Origin: Methanomassiliicoccaceae archaeon
GTDB taxonomy: Archaea > Thermoplasmatota > Thermoplasmata > Methanomassiliicoccales > Methanomassiliicoccaceae
DNA length: 64,000 bases
Assembly: GCA_963728405.1 (NCBI GenBank)
Contig: CAVSJV010000003.1
Location: 64,001-128,000 of the forward strand
Reading direction: 5' to 3'
This document shows positions 1 to 8,931 of the stretch, one piece after another. Each line of letters opens with the position of its first letter. Within the stretch, counting starts at the first letter, position 1. Position numbers and translations under genes: made by a program. The notes below the pieces were generated by a model. It saw only the letters and a program-made list of their open reading frames with translations, made no database searches and was not told where the DNA came from.

Positions 1-433
1 CAGTATTGATCCCCTGCCCATCACCCACAACGCTGCCGAGCCGAACGCGTTCCATCTCCAATTCGAGGACAAGCAGGTGTTACTGGCCACCGACCTAGGG
101 AGGGTGAACCCCGAGGTATTCTCCGCGCTGAAGGAGGCCGATCTGACCATCATCGAGGCCAACCATGACGTCCAGATGCTGATCAACGGCCCCTATCCTC
201 CGAAGCTCAAGAGCGAGATCAGGTCGGACCGCGGACACCTGTCGAACGTGGACTGCGCCCGGGCGCTGTGGGCCACATTCAGTGAGGAGCGCAAGATCTT
301 CCTGGCCCACATAAGCAAGAACAACAATACCCCCGAACTGGCGAGACGCACGGTCTCCCGCACCCTCGGTTGCGATGAGGAGCGCATCGATTGCCTCCTC
401 GCTCCGGACGATTTCCGATCGATGGAGATCTAG
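1..433 (+). CDS. MBL-fold metallo-hydrolase (YycJ/WalJ-like), 5'-truncated by window edge
   Basis: ATDLG, IEANHD, GHLSN and LAHIS..NN motifs; the frame is open back to the window start. Confidence 0.85.
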   Translation, partial: SIDPLPITHNAAEPNAFHLQFEDKQVLLATDLGRVNPEVFSALKEADLTIIEANHDVQMLINGPYPPKLKSEIRSDRGHLSNVDCARALWATFSEERKIFLAHISKNNNTPELARRTVSRTLGCDEERIDCLLAPDDFRSMEI

Positions 434-1299
434 AGCTTCCCTTCTACGCCTAACTGGATACCGACCGCCTTCTTCCTGGCGATGAGCGCTTTGGCGATCA
501 TCGGCGGCAACGACACCAGGTCCTCCTTCTGCAACTTGTAATTGCGGTCCGGTCCGGCGAACGCGGGAATGTCCTCCAGTATGCGGAGAATGACGAGATC
601 GGACGTTTGCTGCACCTTCTCCGCCGGTGCCGGGGTGGAGACCTTTTGCGTGGGGGGCGATAGTACGGTGGCCGGGGGAACGTCCGGCGTCTTGGCCGCC
701 TCCGCAACCGGCCTGACCGAGATCGGAGCGACCGACGGTGCGGTCGCTTTCATCGGGGGTGAGATAACAGGAGGTGCTGGCATGGATGTGGGCGCCTCTG
801 GCGCTACCGTAGCATCGGGCTCCTCTTCCTCTCGGTTGGCCTCCACGATCATGTCCGGCACCTTGGCGGCGACCAGGGTGGGTTCCTCAGCATCGGCCGG
901 GCGGGGGTTGCCGCTCTCGATCAAGATGGTGCGTCGCTCTTTCAGCAGAGAGAACACGCGATCGTAGATCTCCCGCTCCTCCACCGTCAGCCTGTTGGTC
1001 TCTATCTTGCTGCCCTCCGCCGCCCTCAGCGCCATGTCCAGTATCTTTCCCATGCGGAACTCAAAAACCTGGGCCGATTTCTCCTGGAACTTCATGAGCT
1101 GATTGCTGGCGAGCTTGGCCTTAGTGGAGAACTGGTCGGCGACGAACTCGCGCTCGCTCTCTCGCTTGAGCTTCTCGAGGCACTCCCGCATCGCTGGGTA
1201 GAAGTCCCTACGTATATCGGATATGGCCTTGGAACGTTGCTCCCGGCGATAGACCTCGGTCAGGTCCTCGAAGGTCAGAAGTTCCGTGGGAGGCGACAT
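430..1299 (-). CDS. DNA replication GINS complex subunit (Gins51/Gins15-like) with long Pro/Ala linker
   Basis: Helical N-terminal A domain and C-terminal B domain LRILEDIPAFAGPDRNYKLQKEDLVSLP. Confidence 0.8.
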   Translation of the reverse strand: MSPPTELLTFEDLTEVYRREQRSKAISDIRRDFYPAMRECLEKLKRESEREFVADQFSTKAKLASNQLMKFQEKSAQVFEFRMGKILDMALRAAEGSKIETNRLTVEEREIYDRVFSLLKERRTILIESGNPRPADAEEPTLVAAKVPDMIVEANREEEEPDATVAPEAPTSMPAPPVISPPMKATAPSVAPISVRPVAEAAKTPDVPPATVLSPPTQKVSTPAPAEKVQQTSDLVILRILEDIPAFAGPDRNYKLQKEDLVSLPPMIAKALIARKKAVGIQLGVEGKL

Positions 1300-1477
1300 C
1301 AATAAGGTCCATCCAATCGGCCGTATTTGATTATATCCGGACCGATATGCATTCTAACGTTTCGCAATCATGGCCGACCTCCTCAACCAGGCAATATGAC
1401 GCCGACAGAAGTTGCGTAGTTCGCTCCCTCGCGCTCATTCTTTCCTTCGTCCGATCCGTATCGGCAAGAAAATTGTA

Positions 1478-1838
1478 TCACAGAGGGCACGATCGGGCCT
1501 CCGCCAAGGGCGATGGATCGGGTGGGGGCCCGTTCAGGAGGGGTATAGCGAACAGTATGGCGAAAAACACCTCAGATAGCAGTATGATGATCGCCACTGT
1601 GACGCTCACCTGGCGCAGGCTTCTCCCGGTCGCGCTGATGAGCGCGGCGGTCATCGGTTCCGGCCCATCCATATTGCAAGGACCACGGCCTCGGTGGGGA
1701 CAATGGCCGCTCCAAGGAAGGCCTCTCCGAGGCCATCATCAATATGGGCCCATGGACGTTGTTTCTCCTGGCGGCCATCTGCCCATACCATATCTTTTCG
1801 TCCGACGACGGGGCGGTGGAGTTCGATGGGAGCCTCAT
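1478..1838 (-). pseudogene. Possible degraded membrane-protein gene
   Basis: Hydrophobic segments spread over three overlapping frames (GEAFLGAAIV..., VSVTVAIIILLSEVFFAILFAIPLL). Confidence 0.25.
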
Positions 1839-1941
1839 ATACGAGGTAGATGCAGGGAGTGGACCTCGCTTGTATGGCTGCGCCCATCATCATAGCAACG
1901 TCCTGGAAACCTTTTTGCCACCTTAGCCGCTATCTGAGGCC

Positions 1942-2235
1942 GTGGATGCCTCGGAGATCGTCCGTCCGGTGAATGGTGGTGTGGAGGTCGACATCATGGT
2001 CACCCCTAACGCCAAGAAGGACCAGGTCGGCGAGGTGGATGAGTGGAGGAAGCGACTGGTTATCAAGGTCCAGGCGGTGCCGTCCGAGGGGCGGGCCAAT
2101 CGGGCGGTGGTCGAGCTGCTCTCGGACCTGTTCGGTGCCAAGGCCGAGATCGTCCGGGGGCACACCGACCGGCATAAGACCGTTCTGGTATCCATCGACC
2201 TTGAGAGCGCCAGGACCAGGCTGGAGGGGCATTGA
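1942..2235 (+). CDS. DUF167/UPF0235 (YggU-like) protein
   Basis: VTPNAKK, IKVQAVPSEGRANRAVVELLSDLFG, IVRGHTDRHK. Confidence 0.9.
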   Translation: MDASEIVRPVNGGVEVDIMVTPNAKKDQVGEVDEWRKRLVIKVQAVPSEGRANRAVVELLSDLFGAKAEIVRGHTDRHKTVLVSIDLESARTRLEGH

Positions 2236-2639
2236 GAGAACTCCATGATACCTTGGAGGAGGTCGATCGGCTCCTTAATGAGCTCAGAGAGCGACCGGAC
2301 CATACGGTCATCCTGATCGAGGGGAAGAAGGACCGTCATGCGCTGACCTGCCTGGGAGTGGGCGGGGATATCATCCAGGTCCAGGACGCCGGGGGCATCC
2401 TCGGGGTGGCTGAGGGGCTGGCCAGGGAGGGTAAGGATGCCATCATCCTTACCGATTGGGACCGCAAGGGAGGACAGCTGGCCGAACTGCTGAGGAATGC
2501 CCTGAGGGCAAACGACGTCAGGTTCAACGATCAGATCCGCGCCCGCCTGTCCATGCTCAGCAAGAAGGAGATCAAGGACATCGAGTCCCTTCCCTCGTTC
2601 ATCACCTATCTGGTAGCCCACCAGGGCGACTACAGGTGA
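2232..2639 (+). CDS. Small Toprim-domain protein (RNase M5-like)
   Basis: ILIEGKKD and IILTDWDRKG Toprim motifs. Confidence 0.85.
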   Translation: MRELHDTLEEVDRLLNELRERPDHTVILIEGKKDRHALTCLGVGGDIIQVQDAGGILGVAEGLAREGKDAIILTDWDRKGGQLAELLRNALRANDVRFNDQIRARLSMLSKKEIKDIESLPSFITYLVAHQGDYR

Positions 2640-2678
2640 GCCAGGAGATTAATTATTAGATCCTGTATATTTTTGAGG

Positions 2679-2791
2679 GGGCAGTTGGCCTCAGGTCGTT
2701 GGAGCAGGCTGACCGAGCGCCAGAAGGCTGAATCGACCATTCTGATCCCAGTCCTGGCCATAAGTGCTCACCGGCCTGTGGGCCTCTGCCC
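2679..2791 (+). ncRNA. Candidate structured non-coding RNA (unassigned)
   Basis: Nested complementary segments GGGCAG/CTGCCC, GGCC/GGCC, CAGGTCG/CGGCCTG, GAGCA/TGCTC; AT-rich TATA-like box about 25 nt upstream. Confidence 0.45.
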
Positions 2792-3130
2792 AGACGTGGT
2801 CGAGGGCCGTCCATGTCAATGCGAGGGCGGATACCACCGAAAACTGCTCAATGACCGACGCACCCTTCTAACATGTACAAGTCGGACAACGAGCCTTCGG
2901 GCCCTAATGATGTAAGGCCATACATAAAATATGGGAAAATGGAATGAGCTGGAAGGAGCGGACAGGAGCTATGATCGAGTTCGATCATTACTTTACAATG
3001 TCACAGGCCTCGGTTGGGGTGGGATGTTCCTGCCGGTACCGAATAAGCTCATACCTGCTTGATGGCGTTAATGTCAGGGCTCGTCCAGTTAGAATTAATA
3101 GCCCGGTAACGCTCTAGTGGTCCGAGCACC

Positions 3131-4453
3131 ATGGGCGTCGACGAGCGCATGCTGAAGGAGCTGGGCATCCAGAGCGTGGAGGAGCTGTTTTCGGACATCC
3201 CGCCATCCATACGGACCACCGGTATCGATCTTCCGGACGGCCTGTCGGAAATGGAGGTCATCAATGCTGTCCGCGCGATGCTCTCCAAGAACGTCACTGC
3301 TGCCGACCATCCCTGCTTTTTGGGTGGGGGAGTGTACAACCATTTCGTCCCTTCGGCCGTGAAGAGCATCGTCTCCCGTTCCGAGTTCCTTACTTCCTAT
3401 ACTCCCTATCAGGCGGAGATCAGTCAGGGCATGCTCCAGTCCCTGTTCGAGTACCAGAGCTATATCGCCGAGCTTACGGGCCTGGAGGCGGTGAACTCCT
3501 CGAACTACGACGCGTCCACCGCTCTGGGCGAAGCGGCCACCATGTGCCACCGCATCAACGGGAAGAGGAAGTTTCTCATCCCCGAGGCCATCAGCTGGGA
3601 CAAAAGGAGCGTGCTGAACAATTACGTCAAGGGCGTGGGTATGCAGGTCGTCGATTACGGCTTTGACCCTCTGACCGGCGAGGCGGACCTAGGGGACCTC
3701 CGGGCGAAGATGGACGGGGACGTCTCGGGCGTCTACATCGAGGTTCCCAACTTCCTTGGGGTGATCGATAGACAGGTCACCGAGATCAAAAAGGAGTTCA
3801 TGGACCCGGCGCTGGTGGTGGGCGTGGACCCTATCTCCCTTGGCGTTCTCAAGGCTCCCGCCAATTACGGGGCGGACATCGTCATCGGAGAAGGTCAGTC
3901 GCTTGGATCATCGATGAACTTCGGCGGCCCCCTGCTCGGCCTGTTCGGCTGCCGGCAGGAGCATGTGAGAAAGATGCCTGGGCGGGTCATTGGCATGACC
4001 AGGGACGCCTCGGGAAAGAGAGCATTCTGCATGACCCTACAGACCAGAGAGCAGCACATTCGCAGGGAGAAGGCCACGTCGAACATATGCACCAACGAGG
4101 CACTGATGGCCGTCGCCTCGGCCGTATACCTGGCCGTGGTCGGACGGGATGGCCTGAGGTCCCTGGCCAAGCTGAACATGGAAAGGGCCAAAGCCACCAT
4201 GGATGCGATGTGCTCGCTCAAGGGCTTCGATTGCCCGGCGCTACGCGCCTATCACTTCAACGAGTTCGCGGTGCGGACACCGATGAGACCGGAAAAGCTG
4301 TCGAAGATACTTCTCAGAAAGGGCATCATCGGAGGCCTGCCCCTGGCCAAGCACGTTCCAGAGATGGGCGACTGCATGCTGTTCGCTGCCACCGAACTTA
4401 CCACGGATGAGGACATAGGAAAGCTGGTCGCTGCGCTGGAGGAAGTGGCATGA
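3131..4453 (+). CDS. gcvPA: Glycine dehydrogenase (decarboxylating) subunit 1
   Basis: EFLTSYTPYQAEISQG and LQTREQHIRREKATSNICTNEAL. Confidence 0.97.
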   Translation: MGVDERMLKELGIQSVEELFSDIPPSIRTTGIDLPDGLSEMEVINAVRAMLSKNVTAADHPCFLGGGVYNHFVPSAVKSIVSRSEFLTSYTPYQAEISQGMLQSLFEYQSYIAELTGLEAVNSSNYDASTALGEAATMCHRINGKRKFLIPEAISWDKRSVLNNYVKGVGMQVVDYGFDPLTGEADLGDLRAKMDGDVSGVYIEVPNFLGVIDRQVTEIKKEFMDPALVVGVDPISLGVLKAPANYGADIVIGEGQSLGSSMNFGGPLLGLFGCRQEHVRKMPGRVIGMTRDASGKRAFCMTLQTREQHIRREKATSNICTNEALMAVASAVYLAVVGRDGLRSLAKLNMERAKATMDAMCSLKGFDCPALRAYHFNEFAVRTPMRPEKLSKILLRKGIIGGLPLAKHVPEMGDCMLFAATELTTDEDIGKLVAALEEVA

Positions 4454-5979
4454 GCTATCGACAGGCCAATTACGACATAAGGCTGATCTTCGAGATGAAG
4501 GGCGAGACGGACTTCTCACTGCCTCGTGCAAAAGAAGTGGTCCCCGTGCCAGAGAACCTGCTGAGGACCGAGCTGGCCATCCCGAACCTGTCCGAGCGAG
4601 AAGTGGTGAAGCATTACACGAACCTATCCCAGATGAACTATGGCGTGGACAACGGCTTCTATCCGCTGGGCAGCTGCACCATGAAATACAACCCGAAGTA
4701 CGCCGACCTGCTGGCCGCTCTGCCCACCGTTGCCGACGTCCATCCGCTGGAGGACGAGGAAGGGGTGCAGGGCTCTCTGAGACTGCTGTACGAGATGGAG
4801 CGAGCGCTGTGCGCTATCTCCGGCATGGATGCGGTGAGCTTGCAGCCGGCGGCGGGAGCGCAAGGTGAGTTCACGGGCATGCTGATAACAAAGGCGTTTC
4901 ATGACGCCAACGGCCAGGACCGGAGAGAGGTCATCGTTCCGGACAGTGCTCATGGCACTAACCCCGCCTCGGCGGCCATGGCCGGATATGACATCATCGT
5001 CGTCCCCACCTCATCGGAGGGCGGTCTCGACATTAAGGCTCTGGAGGAGGCGGTGTCCGAACGCACCGCGGCGTTCATGATCACCAACCCCAACACCCTG
5101 GGCATCTTCGAGGAGAATATCGAACGGATCGCCCAGATCATACACGGGGCCGGTGGGTTGCTGTACTATGATGGGGCTAACTTGAACGCGATCATGGGCA
5201 AGACCAGCCCGGGCATCATGGACTTTGACATCGTGCATTTCAATCTGCACAAGACCTTCGCCACCCCTCATGGCGGAGGAGGCCCAGGAGCCGGACCGGT
5301 CGGCGTGAAGAAAGAGCTGGAACGATTCCTCCCGGTGCCCCGGGTAGTCCTCGAGGACGGCTTCTATCACCTCGACCTCGATCGGCCCTATAGCATCGGC
5401 AAGGTCCGCTCGTTCTACGGCAACTTCGCGGTGCTGGTGCGCGCCTATGCTTACATCCTGAGACAGGGGGGCAACGGGCTCAAGGATGCATCGGAGAAGG
5501 CGGTACTGAACGCCAACTATCTCAGAAAGAGGTTGACGACCACATACAATATGCCGTTCAAGGAGCTGAGGAAGCACGAGTTCGTCCTGTCGGCCCGGAA
5601 GCTGAAGGACGAGAAGGGCGTTCGCGCCGTGGACGTGTCCAAACGGCTGTTGGACCATGGGATGATGGCACCGACCATATACTTCCCGGCACTGGTGGAC
5701 GAAGCCCTGATGATCGAGCCCACCGAGACGGAAACGAAGGAGACGCTCGACCGGTTCGTCGAGGTGATGCTCGCCATTGCCAAGGAAGACCCTCAGCTGC
5801 TGAAGGACGCCCCCCATAACACCGCGGTGCGTCGGCTGGACGAGGTCTACGCGGCCAAGGAACTATTGCTGAGCTACTTAGGGATCCGTAAGAAGATGAG
5901 CGGCAACCTGGCCGGACTGAGAGCGAACGCCGAGGGACGGAAATGCGAATCGTGCGCCCTGATCCTCGAAAATAAGTGA
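4450..5979 (+). CDS. gcvPB: Glycine dehydrogenase (decarboxylating) subunit 2
   Basis: YPLGSCTMKYNP, SAHGTNPASA, PLP lysine motif NLHKTFATPHGGGGPG. Confidence 0.97.
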   Translation: MSYRQANYDIRLIFEMKGETDFSLPRAKEVVPVPENLLRTELAIPNLSEREVVKHYTNLSQMNYGVDNGFYPLGSCTMKYNPKYADLLAALPTVADVHPLEDEEGVQGSLRLLYEMERALCAISGMDAVSLQPAAGAQGEFTGMLITKAFHDANGQDRREVIVPDSAHGTNPASAAMAGYDIIVVPTSSEGGLDIKALEEAVSERTAAFMITNPNTLGIFEENIERIAQIIHGAGGLLYYDGANLNAIMGKTSPGIMDFDIVHFNLHKTFATPHGGGGPGAGPVGVKKELERFLPVPRVVLEDGFYHLDLDRPYSIGKVRSFYGNFAVLVRAYAYILRQGGNGLKDASEKAVLNANYLRKRLTTTYNMPFKELRKHEFVLSARKLKDEKGVRAVDVSKRLLDHGMMAPTIYFPALVDEALMIEPTETETKETLDRFVEVMLAIAKEDPQLLKDAPHNTAVRRLDEVYAAKELLLSYLGIRKKMSGNLAGLRANAEGRKCESCALILENK

Positions 5980-5983
5980 GGTC

Positions 5984-6667
5984 ATGAACATGCGAGATGA
6001 GCTGGAGGGAGCGTCCGCGGTCGAGTCTCGGGTACAAAGGATGGCGATAACGCTGGCGGATACGAAGCCAGCCGGGCGGTTCTTCGTCTTCGAGGGCATC
6101 GACGGCTCGGGCAAGAGCACCGTGTCCCGGCTTTTCGCCGAGAGGCTGGCCGCGACCGGACGCCCCGTGGAATGGACAGCCGAGCCAACCTCTGGGTGGA
6201 TCGGCGATCAGGTTAGAAGAGCGAACAAGGAGGCGCATAGCGACTTCGCCGAGACGCTGCTGTACGTCGCCGACCGGGCCGAACATACCGCCCAGATCAT
6301 CGGATGGCTGGGGGACGGCCGTTCCGTGGTCGGTGACCGCTATGTCGGCAGCACCTTGGCCTATCAGAGCGTGACCCTACGCCCGCACCTGGGCTCAAAG
6401 GCGCTGGAATGGCTAAAGATGGTCAATGAACCGTTCGTGGTCCGGCCGGATATGACCTTTCTCCTGCGCATCGATCCGGACCTGGCCCTGGCCCGCCTAT
6501 CGAATAGGAAAGAGAAAGAGAAGTTCGAGAAGGTAGAGTTCCTCCGCAAGGTTGCGGCCATGTATGACCGGCTGGCCGACGCGGACCCCTCTTACATCGT
6601 GGTGGACGCGTCCCTGAGCACGAACGAGGTCCTGGACAAGGTATGGTCCGCAATGGTCGGAAAATAA
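5984..6667 (+). CDS. tmk: Thymidylate kinase (true start may be ATG 6041)
   Basis: FEGIDGSGKST P-loop, LYVADRAEH, DRYVGSTLAYQ. Confidence 0.95.
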   Translation: MNMRDELEGASAVESRVQRMAITLADTKPAGRFFVFEGIDGSGKSTVSRLFAERLAATGRPVEWTAEPTSGWIGDQVRRANKEAHSDFAETLLYVADRAEHTAQIIGWLGDGRSVVGDRYVGSTLAYQSVTLRPHLGSKALEWLKMVNEPFVVRPDMTFLLRIDPDLALARLSNRKEKEKFEKVEFLRKVAAMYDRLADADPSYIVVDASLSTNEVLDKVWSAMVGK

Positions 6668-6740
6668 CGTCCGGGACCCTGGCCTATCGGGGCTAGGCAA
6701 AGGTCCTTTTTTTATGTACGGCATGCATTGCCGCATACCA

Positions 6741-7556
6741 ATGGTCGCGGACAAGAAGAATGAGAGGACCGACCCGTGCATCGAGTGCATCTCCAAGGAA
6801 AGGGGATCCCACGGAGATGCCTGGAGAAATGTTCACGGCTCATATTTCTCTGACCACGACATCGCCGCGCCGTTCCTGGACGATATCGTGGCCGCGCTCA
6901 ACACCGTCCGGCCGGACGTTATTGCCGACATCGGGGGAGGGACCGGATTCATCCTCCGCGAGCTATCGAACAGGGAAGGTGTTCGAGGGACCAGACTGCT
7001 CAATGTCGATGCGTCCCAGGAACAGCTGGAAGTATGCAGGGGGAGTGGGCTGGAACGCCGGTGCAGTTCGGTCATGGAGATCGAGCGGGGGGACCTGGCG
7101 AGCGAGAATGAATCGTTGACCATCATCAGCCGGTCGGTGCTGCACTATTTCGGACGGGAGGGGCAGCCCTCCTTCCTTCAGAAGTTGCGCTCCCTCCTCC
7201 TGCCGGGAGAGATGTTCATCCATCAGCCCGCCTGCTTTGCCACCCCTGAACTGCGGTCCTGTATGAACGAACTCTATCCGCTCATGGGGGTGGACAAATA
7301 CTATTCTACCCCCCAGGACCTGGAAGAGATGCACCATCGGGCCGGTTTCGATGTACTTCGCTCCCTGCCCGGCCCACCGCTGGACCTGAGATCGGAGGAC
7401 CTGGCCGTTCGCTACGGGCTCGATTCGGAGAGAGTGGAGGAGCTGGTCGATGTCATCCGGCGGTATGGTCTGGACCGGGACGGCGTTTTCGATGTCAGGC
7501 CCGGCGGGTTCCGGACCGAGTTCACCTACCGCATCCTGACGCTGAGGGCGGTTTGA
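6741..7556 (+). CDS. Class I SAM-dependent methyltransferase
   Basis: ADIGGGTG motif I, NVDAS, RSVLHY, LLPGEMFI. Confidence 0.85.
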   Translation: MVADKKNERTDPCIECISKERGSHGDAWRNVHGSYFSDHDIAAPFLDDIVAALNTVRPDVIADIGGGTGFILRELSNREGVRGTRLLNVDASQEQLEVCRGSGLERRCSSVMEIERGDLASENESLTIISRSVLHYFGREGQPSFLQKLRSLLLPGEMFIHQPACFATPELRSCMNELYPLMGVDKYYSTPQDLEEMHHRAGFDVLRSLPGPPLDLRSEDLAVRYGLDSERVEELVDVIRRYGLDRDGVFDVRPGGFRTEFTYRILTLRAV

Positions 7557-7596
7557 AGAGGCCTTCATTTTGCTTCGCGTTTTCATCAACGTCAAC

Positions 7597-7603
7597 TATA
7601 AAT
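7597..7603 (+). promoter_or_regulatory. TATA box, probable original coaBC promoter
   Basis: TATAAAT about 30 nt upstream of the reconstructed coaBC ATG (AT at 7631-7632). Confidence 0.5.
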
Positions 7604-7632
7604 CTCCCGCTACGGGTCTTGCTGTCATCCAT

Positions 7633-8931
7633 TCGTGCGTGGGGAAAATTCCTCTCACCAGGGAGGGAGGAAGCAGCGCCCTTTATGATAAGTGTAAAGG
7701 CAATGGTAATATTACCTGACGGAGATACAACAGCGATGCAACGCACCATGCGCCTCTGGCTTGAGACAAGGCACGAAGATGCTTTAGCCCTGCTCAGAAC
7801 CATGGAGGAGTACACACAGGCGTTCGACATCGTGGCCGAGTGGGGATACCGGAATCACTCGAACAATAAGATAGACGCCCACAAGAATACCTATCGGACG
7901 GTCAGGCAACAGATTCCTAACCTCCCCTCATCCCTGGTCCAATGCGCAAGGGATTGCGCCTGCGAGGCGCTGAGAGGAATGAAAATGAATGGCTCTGCGT
8001 ACCAGCCTAGGCGGAATCCCCATGCTGCTCTAAGATACAACAAGTGCGTTGCATCTGTCTATTTGGAGTCAGGATATGTTACTCTTGCCACAGTATCAGG
8101 TCGTGTCAAAGTCACCTTCATTATCCCGGATTACTTTCATAAGTATGATGGCTGGAAAGTAAGATCCTCTAACTTGATCTACGACCGAAGCTCCAAGACC
8201 TTCTACCTCTGCATAAATCTTGAGACTGATAAAATACCCGATACGACAGTAGAGAAAGGCGTTCTTGGTATCGACCGGGGCATCAAAAACGTCGCCGTTA
8301 CCTCGGATAATCGATTCTTCAACTCCAAGGCGATCAACAACGTGCGCGGCAGGTACGCATACTTGCGCGGGCAGCTTCAGTCAAAAGGCACTCCCTCCGC
8401 AAAACGAAAATTAATGAGATTGAGCGGGCGAGAGAGACGGTTCAAGGCTGACGTGAACCACAGGATCGCTAAGGATATTGTTAACACCCCTTACGGGGTG
8501 TTCGTCCTGGAGGACCTGGCCCACATCGTGGAGAATAGGTTATATAGGAATAAAGGAAGCATAACTCGACATAGGAAGAACCAGAAATTAAGTAATTGGT
8601 CTTTCTACCAGTTCGAGGAGTATCTCCATTATAAGGCAGAGGAAAGAGGCAAGACTGTCATCTTGGTGGACCCGTCCTACACCTCGCAAACGTGTCCGAG
8701 GTGCGGCTGCGTTCATCGGGAGAACCGCCACGGCTCTTCCTTCGAGTGCATCGAATGCGGCTACCAGCTGCACTCGGATCTCGTTGCCTCCAGGAACATC
8801 GCTCAGCTTGGTATATCTGAACTGAGCAGGCTTCTTGTCAACAAGCCAATCGTAGCGTGCCATGACATCAAGGTTGGTTACCTTGGGAGAGGACAGTTAC
8901 AAGCCCTATCGCCGGAGGTGGGGTAGTTGAC
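7633..8931 (+). mobile_element. IS200/IS605-family (IS1341-type, tnpB only) insertion sequence
   Basis: tnpB gene with lower GC than its flanks; left-end hairpin TTCCTCTC/GGGAGGAA (7649-7672); right end CAAGCCC...GGGGTAGTTGAC with hairpin 8903-8924; joining the flanks restores CCATGCATCCT. Confidence 0.8.
7736..8926 (+). CDS. tnpB: RNA-guided endonuclease TnpB
   Basis: RuvC triad (GIDRG, VLEDL, HSDLVASRNI) and zinc ribbon CPRCG...CIECG; catalytic residues look intact. Confidence 0.95.
   Translation: MQRTMRLWLETRHEDALALLRTMEEYTQAFDIVAEWGYRNHSNNKIDAHKNTYRTVRQQIPNLPSSLVQCARDCACEALRGMKMNGSAYQPRRNPHAALRYNKCVASVYLESGYVTLATVSGRVKVTFIIPDYFHKYDGWKVRSSNLIYDRSSKTFYLCINLETDKIPDTTVEKGVLGIDRGIKNVAVTSDNRFFNSKAINNVRGRYAYLRGQLQSKGTPSAKRKLMRLSGRERRFKADVNHRIAKDIVNTPYGVFVLEDLAHIVENRLYRNKGSITRHRKNQKLSNWSFYQFEEYLHYKAEERGKTVILVDPSYTSQTCPRCGCVHRENRHGSSFECIECGYQLHSDLVASRNIAQLGISELSRLLVNKPIVACHDIKVGYLGRGQLQALSPEVG

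Noticed and set aside
2700-2760. Glycine or c-di-AMP riboswitch (CGCCAGAAGG, GCTGAATC words)
   Set aside because: Only short word matches; the other conserved elements are missing
6741-7556. Methyltransferase as the missing ArsM
   Set aside because: I do not see the ArsM conserved Cys pattern (e.g. GCG before motif I, SNCV), and it is 38 kb from arsS
7553-7735. N-terminal extension of TnpB in the ORF track
   Set aside because: It crosses the inferred IS left end and promoter; MQRT at 7736 is a typical TnpB start
7736-8926. Possible Cas12f/CRISPR system
   Set aside because: No repeat-spacer array or cas genes seen anywhere in the window; the flanks are IS-like
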